From: Rhodothermales bacterium
GTDB lineage: Bacteria; Bacteroidota; Rhodothermia; Rhodothermales; VXPQ01
Direction of reading: 5' to 3'
Assembly: GCA_022821845.1 (NCBI GenBank)
Contig: JAJECT010000024.1
Coordinates: 2,393-66,392 of the forward strand
Length of the DNA: 64,000 nucleotides
Part shown: positions 9,589 through 20,505 of the stretch, piece after piece
Numbering within the stretch: position 1 is the first letter of the stretch
Layout of the letters: each line of letters opens with the position of its first letter
Notes under the pieces: generated by a model
Databases searched by the model: none
What the model saw: the letters and a program-made list of their open reading frames with translations, nothing else
Told to the model about the DNA's origin: nothing
Translations under genes and position numbers: made by a program

Positions 9589-11253
9589 CTATGGCCGCGC
9601 CGTAACGGTGGCGGTGGCTTCGGGGCTTTCGGCGTATCCGTAGCGAATGGCCTTGGCCCGGATGGTGGCGGTCGTTCCCGGTTCGAGGCGAATCGGACGG
9701 GCATAGAGTTTCCAGTGCGGCTCCTCGCCCTCGTCGGTAGTCCAGGCAATGGAGGCGCCGTCCGTACCAGCCTCCATAATGATCTCGACCGGACCGTCCT
9801 GCTCCGCTTCCAGTTCCCTGTCCGTATCGTTGCGCCTCAGGATGAGCGGCGTGGCCGTAACAGGCTGCTTTTCGCCCATCCACATCTCGCGGACCATCTG
9901 ATCTTCGGACATGTGCCCCTTCTCGTCGATGTCGCGCATCCAGGCGTCCAGTTCGGCGCGCATCCGGCTGAGCGCATCGCCAAACGCGGGATCGTCCGCC
10001 AGATTGCGAACCTCATGCGGATCGGCCTCGACATCGTACAGTTCTTCCGGAGGGCGGCTGTCGCGTAGCCACAATTGCTGGACGTCGTCAAGTTCGCCGT
10101 CGATATGCAGGCGGAATATCTCCTGAATGATGGACGAGCGGTTGCGGTACGGAACGAACTGTACGTACGGCTTTTCCGGGTGAAAATTGCGAATGTACTT
10201 GTACCGTTTGTCGCGGGCGGCGCGGACCATGTCGTACGCCATGTCGATGCGGTCCCGGGCGGCGTAGATATATTCGCGCGGCGGGGCCTCCGCATCTCCG
10301 AGAAAAGCCATGCCGTCCATGTGCGCGGGAACGGGTACGCCGGCAAGGGACAAGACGGTGGGCCCCAGATCGACCAGGCTGACAAGCCGCTCGCTGGCCG
10401 AACCGGCCCCTTGCTGTCCGGGCGTCCGCACGATGAGCGGGACATGGATGCCGGAATCGTAGAGCCAGCGTTTGGCGCGGGGCAAGCCGTCGCCGTGATC
10501 GCCCCAGAAAAAGACGACGGTGTTGTCGGCCAGGCCGTCCTCTTCCAGCTGGCGCAGAATTTCTCCGGCCTGCGCGTCGAGGCGGGCAATGTTGTCGTAG
10601 TGTTTGGCCAGTTGGCGGCGTACGTCCGGCGTATCCGGGTAGTAGGGGGGCAATGCGAGCGTAGCGGGGTCTGTCGTCGTCTCCTCGCCCGGCTCGACCC
10701 AGCTTTGACTCTCATGGGTGACCCCGAAGTTGAATACGGAAAAGAACGGCTGGCCCTCCTTCCGAAGCGGGCTGCGCCAGTGCGCTCCGCGCTTGTGCTC
10801 GTCCCAGATGGTGACGGGGTTGCCGATCTGGTAGTCGGTCTTGACGTCGTTCGTCGCGAAATACCCGGCGGCCCGGAGATATTCCGTGAAGGCCTTTACG
10901 TAGGGAGGCGGCGTGGCATGGTATGGCGTGGGAATGCCGGGCGCATCGTGCGTGGTGCGCATATGATGCCCTCCCCAACCGTTCTGGTGCATGCCTGTGA
11001 TGATGGCCGCCCGGCTCGGCGCGCACACGCCGGCGGTCGTAAACGCTTGCAGGTAGCGGGTCCCCTCGGCGGCGAGGCGGTCCAGGTTCGGCGTGTTCGC
11101 CGCGGCGTCGCCGTAGGCGCCGAACCGCAGGCTGACGTCTTCGGCGGAAATCCAGACGATATTGGGCCGCTCCTGCGCAAGGGCGGGCGCGGCGGCGAAC
11201 GCAACCAGCAAAGACCAGAAGCAAAAGCGCAGGACGGAAAGCGATATTTTCAT
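9589..11253 (-). CDS. sulfatase (formylglycine-dependent arylsulfatase family)
   Basis: Signal peptide. CxPxR motif CAPSRAAIITG with GMHQ downstream. Typical sulfatase N-domain (PNIVWISAED). Confidence 0.9.
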   Translation of the reverse strand: MKISLSVLRFCFWSLLVAFAAAPALAQERPNIVWISAEDVSLRFGAYGDAAANTPNLDRLAAEGTRYLQAFTTAGVCAPSRAAIITGMHQNGWGGHHMRTTHDAPGIPTPYHATPPPYVKAFTEYLRAAGYFATNDVKTDYQIGNPVTIWDEHKRGAHWRSPLRKEGQPFFSVFNFGVTHESQSWVEPGEETTTDPATLALPPYYPDTPDVRRQLAKHYDNIARLDAQAGEILRQLEEDGLADNTVVFFWGDHGDGLPRAKRWLYDSGIHVPLIVRTPGQQGAGSASERLVSLVDLGPTVLSLAGVPVPAHMDGMAFLGDAEAPPREYIYAARDRIDMAYDMVRAARDKRYKYIRNFHPEKPYVQFVPYRNRSSIIQEIFRLHIDGELDDVQQLWLRDSRPPEELYDVEADPHEVRNLADDPAFGDALSRMRAELDAWMRDIDEKGHMSEDQMVREMWMGEKQPVTATPLILRRNDTDRELEAEQDGPVEIIMEAGTDGASIAWTTDEGEEPHWKLYARPIRLEPGTTATIRAKAIRYGYAESPEATATVTARP

Positions 11254-11404
11254 GAAAACGTTCGGGTTGCGGAAACGAGGGCGATCACGACGGAATAAGC
11301 AATATAGGCAAAGATACCCGTTCGCGCCGGGCTGCCGCTCTGGTTCGCCGCGGATATTTGCATGCGTTTTTTACGGCAGAGGTCTTCAGGATTCGTTTTA
11401 TTTT

Positions 11405-11666
11405 AAGGATACTCTGATCAAAGCCACTTCGCTCAGCGCGTCACTATTGCCCGCAAAGACCGTCATGCCCGGATCATTGAAATCAGCAGAAAACACCGTA
11501 GGTTTGGTACGTTGCGGACGTGACGCGCCCTTCGGGAGACTGCGAGGAGCACGCTGGCTGTGTCATTCCTCATTATGCGGGGCCGCCACACTACTCGCTT
11601 CGTCATTCCTTGCCAGCGCACCCCTCGCATGCCTCTGAGCTTCGCGGATTTAATCAGAGTATCCTT
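11405..11666 (+). mobile_element. MITE-like non-autonomous element, full copy 1
   Basis: Terminal inverted repeats AAGGATACTCTGATCAAAG ... TTAATCAGAGTATCCTT. About 80-85% identical (by eye) to the reverse complement of 40385..40643. No credible ORF. Lies about 80 bp upstream of uvrA. Confidence 0.6.
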
Positions 11667-11745
11667 CCTGCTGCGGACGTTGCGGTTTGCAGCGTTCAGA
11701 TAACGCAACGCAGCGCAGGGACGACCTGTCGATTTTGTCACTTCC

Positions 11746-14685
11746 ATGGATGATCGGATCACGATTCGGGGGGCGCGCGCCCACAACCTCCGGAATATCG
11801 ACATAGATATTCCGAGAGAGCAGCTGGTGGTCATCACGGGACTGTCCGGTTCGGGCAAATCGAGCCTGGCCTTCGACACGATTTACGCCGAAGGCCGCCG
11901 ACGCTACATGGAAAGCTTGAGCGCCTACGCCCGGCAATTCCTGGGCATGATGGAACGGCCCGACGTGGATTTCATCGACGGGCTCTCCCCCGTGATCGCT
12001 ATCGATCAGAAAACGGTTAGCCGCAATCCCCGCTCTACGGTAGGCACGGTCACGGAAATCTACGACTTCATCCGACTGCTTTTTGCGCGGGCGGGAACGC
12101 CCTACTCGTATATCTCCGGCGCCCCCATGCGAAAGCAGTCCGACGACGAAATTATCGACGAGATTGCGGCCTTTCCCGAAGGCGCTCGGCTGATGCTGCT
12201 TGCCCCCGTCGTGCGCGCCCGCAAGGGACACTACCGGGAATTGTTCGAACAGATGCGCAAACAGGGCTTTCAGCGGGTACGAATCGACGGGGAAACGCAG
12301 GAAATCGAGCCGGGCATGCGCGTGGATCGGTACAAGACGCACGACATCGAGGTCGTGGTGGACCGGATCGTGATCAAGGAGGGCATTCGCTCTCGCATCG
12401 CCCGGTCGGCGGAAAGCGCGCTCGGCCTGGGCGGCGGCACGCTGATCGCGCATGCGACGAACGGCCCGAAGCAAGGCGACCACCTGATGAGCCGACATCT
12501 GTTCAGCCCGGAAGACGGCCTGTACTACGAGGACCCCTCGCCCAGCATGTTCTCCTTCAATACGCCCTATGGCGCCTGCCCCGAATGCAACGGCCTTGGC
12601 TATCGGCGGGAAATCGATCCGGCGCTGATCATTCCGGACCCGTCCCTGACCATTGCCGAAGGCGGACTGGCGCCGCTGGGCAAGCCGCGCGATATCTGGA
12701 TATTCAATCAGGTGCGGGCCGTAGCCGCCGCGCGCGGGTTCGGGTTCGATACCCCGCTGGGCGCTCTGACGGAAGCGCAGCGGGAAACCCTGCTCTTCGG
12801 CGCCGACGAAGAAAAGTTCAACATCGTGTATACCTGGAAAGAGCGAGAGGTATGCTATGAGCACCGTTTCAACGGCGTCTACGGATACATCCGGCACACG
12901 TACGACACCACGTCCTCGAACGGGCAACGCCAATGGGCCGAATCGTTCATGCGGCAAATGTCGTGCCCGGAATGCAAGGGCGGGCGACTGAAGAAGGAGA
13001 GCCTGGCGTACAAGATCGGTCCCTGCACCATTGCCGACCTGGTGAACATGGACCTGATCGGGCTTCGCGCATTTTTCGACGAGGCGTCGTTTTCAGAAAG
13101 GCAGCGAATCATTGCGCGCCCCATCGTCAAGGAAATCGGGGAACGGCTGGACTTTCTGATCGATGTGGGGGTCGGCTATCTGAACCTGAATCGCACCGCG
13201 CGTACGCTGTCCGGCGGAGAAAGCCAGCGTATTCGCCTGGCCACCCAGATCGGTACGCGGCTGACGGGGGTATTGTACGTGCTGGACGAGCCTTCCATTG
13301 GCCTGCACCCCAGCGACCATTCCCGGCTGATCGATTCCTTGCAGCAGCTGCGCGACCTCGGCAATTCGGTGCTGGTCGTCGAACACGACCGGGAGATGAT
13401 CGAGGCGGCCGATTTCGTGGTAGACCTTGGGCCGGGGGCGGGGGAGCGCGGCGGGCGCGTATTGGGCGCCACCGCCCCCGACGCGCTGCCGGTCGCCACG
13501 AATGGCCACGTCAGCCTTACGGCAGCCTATCTCCAGGGCAAACGACGCATCCAGATACCGAAACGCCGTCGGGACAACACAGAAAAGCGCATTGTGCTCC
13601 ACGGCGCTACGGGCCACAACCTGAAAGGCGACGCCTTTGCCCTTCCGCTGGGGGCCCTTGTATGCGTTACGGGCGTCTCGGGGTCCGGGAAATCCACCCT
13701 GGTCAACCAGACGCTGTTTCCGATCCTGTCGAAACGGTTGCACGGCGTCCGGGCGTTGCCGTTGCCGTACGCATCGATAGAAGGCGTAGAACACATAGAC
13801 AAGATCATCGACATAGACCAGAGCCCGATCGGCAGAACGCCCCGCTCGAACCCCGCGACGTACACCAATCTGTTTACCTTGATCCGGGATTTGTACGCCC
13901 AACTCCCCGAAGCGAAAATCCGGGGATACAAAAAGGGGAGATTTTCCTTCAATACGAAGGGCGGGCGATGCGAAACGTGCAAAGGAGCGGGCATCGTCAA
14001 GCTGGAGATGAATTTCCTGCCGGACGTATATGTGGTATGCGACACCTGCAAGGGCCGTCGCTACAATACGGAAACGCTGGAAGTGCGCTACAAGGGAAAA
14101 AATATCGCGGACGCGCTGGACCTGACGGTATCCGAGGCGCTGGCGTTCTTCGAGCATGTTCCGCGCATCGAACGGAAACTGCGCACGCTGGATTCGGTGG
14201 GACTGGGCTATATCCGGCTGGGACAACCCTCCACCACCTTGTCCGGCGGCGAAGCGCAACGCGTCAAACTGGCGCGGGAGCTTTCGAGGCCGGGAACCGG
14301 GCGTACCCTGTACATTCTCGACGAGCCTACTACGGGGCTTCATTTCGAGGATATTCGGCACTTGCTGGCGGTGCTTGAGGCGCTGGTGCAAAAGGGCAAC
14401 ACCGTGCTGGTGATCGAGCACAATATGGATGTGGTGAAGGTGGCGGACTGGATCGTGGACATGGGGCCCGGCGGCGGCGCGGAAGGCGGGCGCATTCTGT
14501 TTTCGGGCGCGCCGGAAGACCTTGTCCGCACGGACACCCGCACCGCCGCCTTTTTGCGGAAAGAACTGGAACGCTTCAACGGAGCCGCCGACGAAGAAGA
14601 AAGCCAGGTCCTGGACCTGGACGCCCTTGTCTCCGAATCGGAGTACGAGAAAGGCGCAACGGTCTCCGCTGCTTCGCCTGCCTGA
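11746..14685 (+). CDS. uvrA: excinuclease ABC subunit A
   Basis: 979 aa. N-terminus [44 protein letters not shown]. Two ABC modules and zinc-finger Cys clusters. Confidence 0.97.
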   Translation: MDDRITIRGARAHNLRNIDIDIPREQLVVITGLSGSGKSSLAFDTIYAEGRRRYMESLSAYARQFLGMMERPDVDFIDGLSPVIAIDQKTVSRNPRSTVGTVTEIYDFIRLLFARAGTPYSYISGAPMRKQSDDEIIDEIAAFPEGARLMLLAPVVRARKGHYRELFEQMRKQGFQRVRIDGETQEIEPGMRVDRYKTHDIEVVVDRIVIKEGIRSRIARSAESALGLGGGTLIAHATNGPKQGDHLMSRHLFSPEDGLYYEDPSPSMFSFNTPYGACPECNGLGYRREIDPALIIPDPSLTIAEGGLAPLGKPRDIWIFNQVRAVAAARGFGFDTPLGALTEAQRETLLFGADEEKFNIVYTWKEREVCYEHRFNGVYGYIRHTYDTTSSNGQRQWAESFMRQMSCPECKGGRLKKESLAYKIGPCTIADLVNMDLIGLRAFFDEASFSERQRIIARPIVKEIGERLDFLIDVGVGYLNLNRTARTLSGGESQRIRLATQIGTRLTGVLYVLDEPSIGLHPSDHSRLIDSLQQLRDLGNSVLVVEHDREMIEAADFVVDLGPGAGERGGRVLGATAPDALPVATNGHVSLTAAYLQGKRRIQIPKRRRDNTEKRIVLHGATGHNLKGDAFALPLGALVCVTGVSGSGKSTLVNQTLFPILSKRLHGVRALPLPYASIEGVEHIDKIIDIDQSPIGRTPRSNPATYTNLFTLIRDLYAQLPEAKIRGYKKGRFSFNTKGGRCETCKGAGIVKLEMNFLPDVYVVCDTCKGRRYNTETLEVRYKGKNIADALDLTVSEALAFFEHVPRIERKLRTLDSVGLGYIRLGQPSTTLSGGEAQRVKLARELSRPGTGRTLYILDEPTTGLHFEDIRHLLAVLEALVQKGNTVLVIEHNMDVVKVADWIVDMGPGGGAEGGRILFSGAPEDLVRTDTRTAAFLRKELERFNGAADEEESQVLDLDALVSESEYEKGATVSAASPA

Positions 14686-14709
14686 GCGCCATACCCGTTT
14701 TTCGCGGCC

Positions 14710-15102
14710 ATGTCGGAACCTCCTTTTATCCCCGCCTACAGCAAGCCGGACGACGACGGCGTCTGGATGCAGTTCGACAATACGGTCGCCATCCGCCATA
14801 CGGTGCGCGCGGAGGACGCATTCGAGCAGGCGGCCGCCACCGTTTTCCAGTACCTGAAAAAAGCGCAGGAAGATTTTCCCGATTGGCCGCGCGTACTTTA
14901 CCTGGACGTAGAAGGGCACACGGGAGAATACGCCGGATTCGACGCAGATTTTTACGAGTTCCAGCAGGAATTCTTCTTTTCGACGATGGCGCCCTTCCTC
15001 GCAGGGTTCCATATGCCGCTGACCGGCCCGCTCGTCAACCCGGAAGCGCAACGCAACGATTTGCCGGACGAACTCGTCGTGAGGATGCCGGACGCCTCCT
15101 GA
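14710..15102 (+). CDS. hypothetical protein
   Basis: 130-aa ORF with an ATG start, 24 nt after uvrA. Codon usage looks host-like. No recognisable motif. Confidence 0.5.
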   Translation: MSEPPFIPAYSKPDDDGVWMQFDNTVAIRHTVRAEDAFEQAAATVFQYLKKAQEDFPDWPRVLYLDVEGHTGEYAGFDADFYEFQQEFFFSTMAPFLAGFHMPLTGPLVNPEAQRNDLPDELVVRMPDAS

Positions 15103-15165
15103 TTCGCGTAGCGCTCAGGGGCGAAAGCAACGCGCCGGACGCAGTGGTTTCGCCCAGCGTACCCC

Positions 15166-16200
15166 TCAAGCGTCGCCGGACCGCATCGCCACGCTGTTGA
15201 GGAAATTAGCGGTCCGCCCCCCGCCTGTTTTGTCATTCCCGTTCCGGGAACGCATATCCAGCGCCTGAATACAGATGGCGCCCAGGACGATAAACAACCC
15301 GGACAGAATTTCCAGCGGGGACGGTTGCGTTCGGATGGTTGCCCAGGCAAGCGCCAGGGCGGCAAGCGGAACCAGGTTGCCGTAGAGCACCACGCGGGTC
15401 GGTCCCAACTTTCTCAGGGCGCGCACCTTGGCCCACTGGCCGATGCCCACGCCTACCGCTCCCCCGAAAACAATGGCTATCCAGGTCCAGGCGCCCAAAT
15501 CCAGCCAGGATTCGCGCACAAGCGCAGGCAAGGCGATAAGCAGATAGAACATGCCCCCGATAGCAGTGCGGGCCGTCACCATGGCCGTGGCTCCGTATCG
15601 GGCCGCAAGGGGTTTGATGAAATGCAACTCGGCGACCGCCATAAGCAACGCCAGCGCCAGCAGCAGGTCGCCAAGCCAATAGCCCGTGCCGGGCCGGAAA
15701 CCGTCGAAAGCAAGGATAAATGTGCCCAGCGCCGCCAATACGACGCCAACGTATCCAAAACGACCGATGCGTTCCGTGCCCAGCATATACCCCAGCGCCC
15801 AGCTGAGCACCGGCCCCAGCGCCAGCCACAAGGAAGCCCGGGCCCCATGGGTAAGCCCCAGCCCCTCGATACCCAGCCAGGGAGCAAGCGTGGCGCCCAG
15901 CACGGCCACGAGAAGCAAGCGCGGCCAGTCTTTTTTATCGACCCGGGGAAAGAGGCGGGCGCCCGCCGCCCTGCCGCTCCCGAAAAAGAGCTGGCAATAC
16001 AACATGGCGATCATGGCCATGCCCCCAAGCAGAAATCGGGAAACCGAAAATCCGATGGGGGACATTTCGCGCAAGGCTACCTCGGCAAGCACGAAATTCC
16101 CGCCCCACAGCGCAACGAAAATCAGCAACAGGACATGATGCGGCCATGCGGCCTCCTCGCTTCCGTCGAGGTCAGGTTGCCTGTGTGCGTCCGGATTCAT
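15166..16200 (-). CDS. EamA/DMT-family transporter
   Basis: Ten predicted TM helices in two EamA-like halves. Start moved from the TTG at 16218 to the ATG at 16200. Confidence 0.8.
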   Translation of the reverse strand: MNPDAHRQPDLDGSEEAAWPHHVLLLIFVALWGGNFVLAEVALREMSPIGFSVSRFLLGGMAMIAMLYCQLFFGSGRAAGARLFPRVDKKDWPRLLLVAVLGATLAPWLGIEGLGLTHGARASLWLALGPVLSWALGYMLGTERIGRFGYVGVVLAALGTFILAFDGFRPGTGYWLGDLLLALALLMAVAELHFIKPLAARYGATAMVTARTAIGGMFYLLIALPALVRESWLDLGAWTWIAIVFGGAVGVGIGQWAKVRALRKLGPTRVVLYGNLVPLAALALAWATIRTQPSPLEILSGLFIVLGAICIQALDMRSRNGNDKTGGGRTANFLNSVAMRSGDA

Positions 16201-16290
16201 GGGAAATGCCGCTTGCAAATCGCTCCGCCAAATGAAACAGCGGCCCGAATGGCGAAAGCGGCCCGCCGGCGCACCGCGTCGTCGGAATCG

Positions 16291-19200
16291 CTACGCCGCC
16301 CGGGACGCGCGTTCGACGATCTGAACCGCTTCGTCGAATTGTACGCCTACGATACGGGAAACGCCGGGTTCTTGCATGGTGACGCCATACAACCGGTCCG
16401 CCGCTTCCATCGTCAACTTGTTGTGTGTAACGAGAAGGAATTGCGTGTGTTCTGCAAATCGGCGGATCATGCGCATGAAGCGGCGCACGTTCTTGTCGTC
16501 AAGCGGAGCGTCTACCTCGTCGAGAATACAGAAGGGGCTCGGCTTCACCAGATAGATGCCAAACAATAGCGCAATGGCCGTAAGCGCTTTCTCGCCTCCG
16601 GAAAGCAGCGACGTGTTCGACGAGGTCTTGCCGCCAGGGCGGGCTTTGATGCGGATGGCCGTTTCGAGCGGCTGCGACGGGTCTTCCAGCGCCAGATCGG
16701 CCACCGATTCTTCTCCGAACAAATCCTGGAACGTTTCCCGGAAATGCCGCCGAATCTCCTCGAACGTTTCCATGAACCGGGCCGAAGCCGTCGCATTGAT
16801 TTCGTTGATCGTTTCGAGCAGCGTTTTTTCGGCGGTTTCGAGGTCTTGCTGTTGCTGCATCAGGAATTCGAGCCGCTTCGTTTCTTCCTCCCAGTGCTCC
16901 AACGCCAACTCGTTGACGCTCCCCATGGCGCGCAAACGCTGACGCAGCGCGCCTGCTTCCTCGCGGGCCGCAGCCTCCTCAAAGTCTTCCGGCGACGGAA
17001 TGGACGCTTCCGCCACGGCTTCGGGAAGCGAAACGGAAAAATCTTCGGCGACCTGCTCGACCAGCGCCTCCATACGGGTTCGGATTTCGGTGAGCCGCAG
17101 CGCGCGCGTATGCTCCTGTTGCACCAGTTGCTCGCGGCGATCCCGCAGTCCACGCAAGGCGTTTTCAAGGACCGATGCCTCCTTCCGGAAAGACTGCAAC
17201 GCCTCTTCCAGGCGGTTCGCCGCTTCTTGCAGGTCCGCCTGCCTTGCTTGCAGGGCGGGCCAATCGGCAGCCAGGTTGTCCAACCGATCCCGGGCTTGCT
17301 GTATCTTCCGGTCGAGTTCGGCGATGCGGCGTTCGCACGCTTCCGCGCGGGCGTCCAGATCCTGCAGCCGCCCGCGCGCGCGATCCAGGTCCCGCTGCAA
17401 ATTCTCGCAGCGGTTGCGCGCCTTGAGCGCCTCAAGCCCGGCCTCGCTGCATACCCCCGCCGCCACGCGGCTTTCGGCTTCGGCGGCCTGAAAGGCTGTT
17501 TCTGCTTCGGCGAGGCGGATCCGTACGCCCTCCAAAGCCTCGGCGGACCCGGAAATCTCCTGGTTCAGGCGCTGGCGCTCGGAATCGGTCCTTTCGAGGA
17601 AAACCTGCGCCTCTTCGCGTTTTTTCGAAAGCGCTTCCAGGCGGCGTTCGGCTGCTTCCAGATTGAACGCAACCTGAGCGGCTTCCTGCGCTACGTTGGC
17701 AAGGTTTCGTTCGGCTTCGCCAAACCGTTCGCGCAAGGATTCGGCGCGGGCAGCAGCCATTTCGGCGCGGTGCGCGGCGACGGTCGCTTCCGCGGCGTCG
17801 ATATCGCTTTCGATAGCCTCCAAGCGGCGATGCGCGGTTTCCAACTGGTTTCGTCGCTCAAGCCGTCCGAGCGCCGCCGTATCTCCTTCCTCTTCGCTGC
17901 CCGCATGCAAAACCCCTTGCGCATCGACCCATTCGCCGGTGCGCGCAAAAAATCGCGCGCCCGGGGCCGCTTGCGCTGCCTGTCGCTCCGCTTCGTCAAG
18001 CGTATCGACCACGTACGCATCGCGCAGCAGCAACCGGGCCAGGCGGGCGCATTGGTCCGCATCCATATTCTGGTCCGCAATGCGCACGACCGCCGCAAGC
18101 GACGAAGGCGCTTCGGAGCGGACGCTGCCAGGCGCTATCGTGTCCGGTATCCGATCCAGTACGACGAAAGTGGCTCGCCCCTGCCCGCTCTGGCGCAATT
18201 GTTCGATGGCCGCCCGGGCCTCGCGGTCGGAAGGAACCACAATGCAGTCCGCAAACGCCCCCAGCGCAGCAGCCAGCGCCACGCGATCTGCACCCTCGCA
18301 GGCAAAAAGATCGGCCACTGTGACCAGGCCCCCGCGAGACCATTCCGAGGCAGCCAGATACTGCACGGCCCCGGCGCAATCTTCGCAGGACGCAAGGAGG
18401 CTCTCCAGCAACCGGGCCGACGCGACCAGCGCTTCCTGCTCCCGTTCCAGTTGGTGCAATCGGTCAAGCGCCTCGTCAAGACGCGCCTGGATGCGGACCT
18501 CTTCCTGCGCGGCCTGTTCAAAAGCAAGGCGAGCCTCTTCGACAGCGGTCGCAGCGGCGGCCTTCAGGGTTTCTTTATCCGCCGCAAGCGTACGCAGGTC
18601 GGCAAGCAATGTCGCTACCTCGCGACGTTCCGTTTCCATATCCGCCGCGTTCTTCTGCACAAGGTCGCGCTGACCAACGATCTTGTCGAGTTGACGGCGT
18701 TGCACGGCATGTTTCTCTTCGCATGCGCGTTCCTCTTCCCGCAGATGCAGCGCAACCTGTTGCTTTTCCTCGCGGGCGGCGCGGCGGACATCCCGTTCGC
18801 GCTCCGCGACAGCCAGCCGCGTTTCCGCCTCGTACATAGCGGGTTCGGCTTCCTTCAAGGCCTTTTCCACCTCGGCGATTTCCTGCGTCATGTCGGTGCG
18901 GCGCAGCGCAGCGGTTTCCCGCTCTTCCTGCATGCGTCGCCGTTCGCCGCGGGCAGACTCCAGTTGTCCTTCCGAAAGCCGTTGCTGGGTTTCCAGTTCG
19001 CGCCGCTTGTCGATATGCGCGTACAGATCGGCGCGGGCGGCCTCCAGGCGCTTCTCGCAATCAAGCGCTTGCTCCCGAAGCGCAGTCAACGCCTCGGCTT
19101 GCTCGGTTTCCTGTTGCGTCGCCTGCGTCGTTTCCTCGCTCAGGCCGGACGTTTCATTGGCAAGCAGGTCCTGGTCTGCTGCCAGGCGAATATATTCGGC

Positions 19201-19893
19201 GGCGGCGATCGCCAGTTCAAGCGTACGCAGGCGACTCCGGGCCTGCTTGTAGCGTTCGGCTTGCCCGGCTTGCCGCTTCAGGCTGCGAACCTGTTTGGCG
19301 ATTTCGTCCGTAAGGTCCCGGATACGTTCCAGATCGACCCGGGTCGCCTTCAGTCTTCCAAGCGTTTGCCGCCGACGCACCTTGTATTTCGTAACGCCCG
19401 CCGCTTCCTCGAACAACCGTCGCCGGTCGTCGGTGTTTTCGGACAGAATCTCGTCGATCATCTTGAGCTCGATGACCGAATACGCCCCGGCGCCCATCCC
19501 GGTATCCATGAACAGGTCCATAATGTCGCGCAGGCGACACGTTACGCCATTCATGGCATACTCGGAATCGCCAGACCGGTAGAGGCGGCGCCCCAATTGC
19601 ACTTCGTCGTACCGGGAAGGAAGGATATTCCGGTTGTTCTCGATGGTCAGGAGCACTTCGGACATGCCCAGCGGCTTGCGCTTCGCTGCGCCGCTGAAAA
19701 TGACATTCTCCATCTTTTCGGAGCGGAGGACGCGGGTGCGTTGCTCGCCGATCGCCCAGCGCACGGCGTCCACAATATTCGACTTGCCGCATCCGTTAGG
19801 ACCTACGATAGCCGTAATGCCCGCATCGAATCGCAGCGTCGTGCGATCCGCAAAACTTTTGAAGCCATGCAATTCGAGTTTGCTCAGATACAT
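16291..19893 (-). CDS. smc: chromosome segregation protein SMC
   Basis: Start refined to MYLSKLELHGFKSFADRTTLRFDAGITAIVGPNGCGKSNIVDA. Long coiled coils and a hinge. C-terminal LSGGEKALTAIALLF and ILDEVDAPLD. Confidence 0.95.
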   Translation of the reverse strand: MYLSKLELHGFKSFADRTTLRFDAGITAIVGPNGCGKSNIVDAVRWAIGEQRTRVLRSEKMENVIFSGAAKRKPLGMSEVLLTIENNRNILPSRYDEVQLGRRLYRSGDSEYAMNGVTCRLRDIMDLFMDTGMGAGAYSVIELKMIDEILSENTDDRRRLFEEAAGVTKYKVRRRQTLGRLKATRVDLERIRDLTDEIAKQVRSLKRQAGQAERYKQARSRLRTLELAIAAAEYIRLAADQDLLANETSGLSEETTQATQQETEQAEALTALREQALDCEKRLEAARADLYAHIDKRRELETQQRLSEGQLESARGERRRMQEERETAALRRTDMTQEIAEVEKALKEAEPAMYEAETRLAVAERERDVRRAAREEKQQVALHLREEERACEEKHAVQRRQLDKIVGQRDLVQKNAADMETERREVATLLADLRTLAADKETLKAAAATAVEEARLAFEQAAQEEVRIQARLDEALDRLHQLEREQEALVASARLLESLLASCEDCAGAVQYLAASEWSRGGLVTVADLFACEGADRVALAAALGAFADCIVVPSDREARAAIEQLRQSGQGRATFVVLDRIPDTIAPGSVRSEAPSSLAAVVRIADQNMDADQCARLARLLLRDAYVVDTLDEAERQAAQAAPGARFFARTGEWVDAQGVLHAGSEEEGDTAALGRLERRNQLETAHRRLEAIESDIDAAEATVAAHRAEMAAARAESLRERFGEAERNLANVAQEAAQVAFNLEAAERRLEALSKKREEAQVFLERTDSERQRLNQEISGSAEALEGVRIRLAEAETAFQAAEAESRVAAGVCSEAGLEALKARNRCENLQRDLDRARGRLQDLDARAEACERRIAELDRKIQQARDRLDNLAADWPALQARQADLQEAANRLEEALQSFRKEASVLENALRGLRDRREQLVQQEHTRALRLTEIRTRMEALVEQVAEDFSVSLPEAVAEASIPSPEDFEEAAAREEAGALRQRLRAMGSVNELALEHWEEETKRLEFLMQQQQDLETAEKTLLETINEINATASARFMETFEEIRRHFRETFQDLFGEESVADLALEDPSQPLETAIRIKARPGGKTSSNTSLLSGGEKALTAIALLFGIYLVKPSPFCILDEVDAPLDDKNVRRFMRMIRRFAEHTQFLLVTHNKLTMEAADRLYGVTMQEPGVSRIVGVQFDEAVQIVERASRAA

Positions 19894-20505
19894 AGCGGCA
19901 ACGCCATCTGCAAGGACGAATCGGAAAAAGCGCGGACAAGAACGAGCGTACGCGGCGAGCGGCTGTCGGCGCAAGGCTGCGCCCGTCCGACGCCTGCGCA
20001 CGCCTGTGAAGGCAATAATATAATAAAAATCATATAAAGCCGTTATGCAAGCCCTATTTGCCCTTTCTGCCGAATTGTGGAAAAATATGTTGCGCTTCCC
20101 GGACAAGGAGGAAAAAATGTGCGGCGTACGCCCGCATAATCCGTTATTGCATATCGGGGCCAGCGCGCGCCGCGGAGCCGCTGCGCCTTGCGGACCGGAT
20201 CAGCGCATGCTTACTCAGCGAATCCTGTCGAATTTTTCTGCAACAGAATATGCGCCGCGCGTAACCTGCGCAATAAATTTCCGTAAACCACTGCGTAAGC
20301 GGCTCGCAGGCCCGTACGGAAACGGCAGGAAATTTGCTTGATGAAATGACGCGCGACCCGCCTGCGCAATGCAGCGGGAAGCGCAAAAACACGCCCTTCG
20401 GTTCTACCTCCGCCGACGGTGTGTGCCACAGAGGAGGGCCTTGCATACGGACTGGAGCCCCGACGTGCCTGGCCCTCCTCTATATTTATTGGCTACGTGG
20501 GCGCG

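Noticed and set aside
16744-20037. 1097-aa ORF on the plus strand
   Set aside because: It is entirely antisense to smc. Its composition is Arg/Gly/Ala/Pro-rich and low-complexity, with no motifs. This is a typical stop-codon-poor antisense frame in high-GC DNA.
20107-20505. 400-bp gene-free region with a long hairpin (AGAGGAGGGCC…GGCCCTCCTCT at about 20439-20490) followed by ATATTTATT; possible ncRNA
   Set aside because: No match to any RNA family I can recognise (RNase P, tmRNA, SRP, 6S, common riboswitches). The hairpin loop is about 30 nt and there is no clear promoter. The evidence is insufficient to call a feature.
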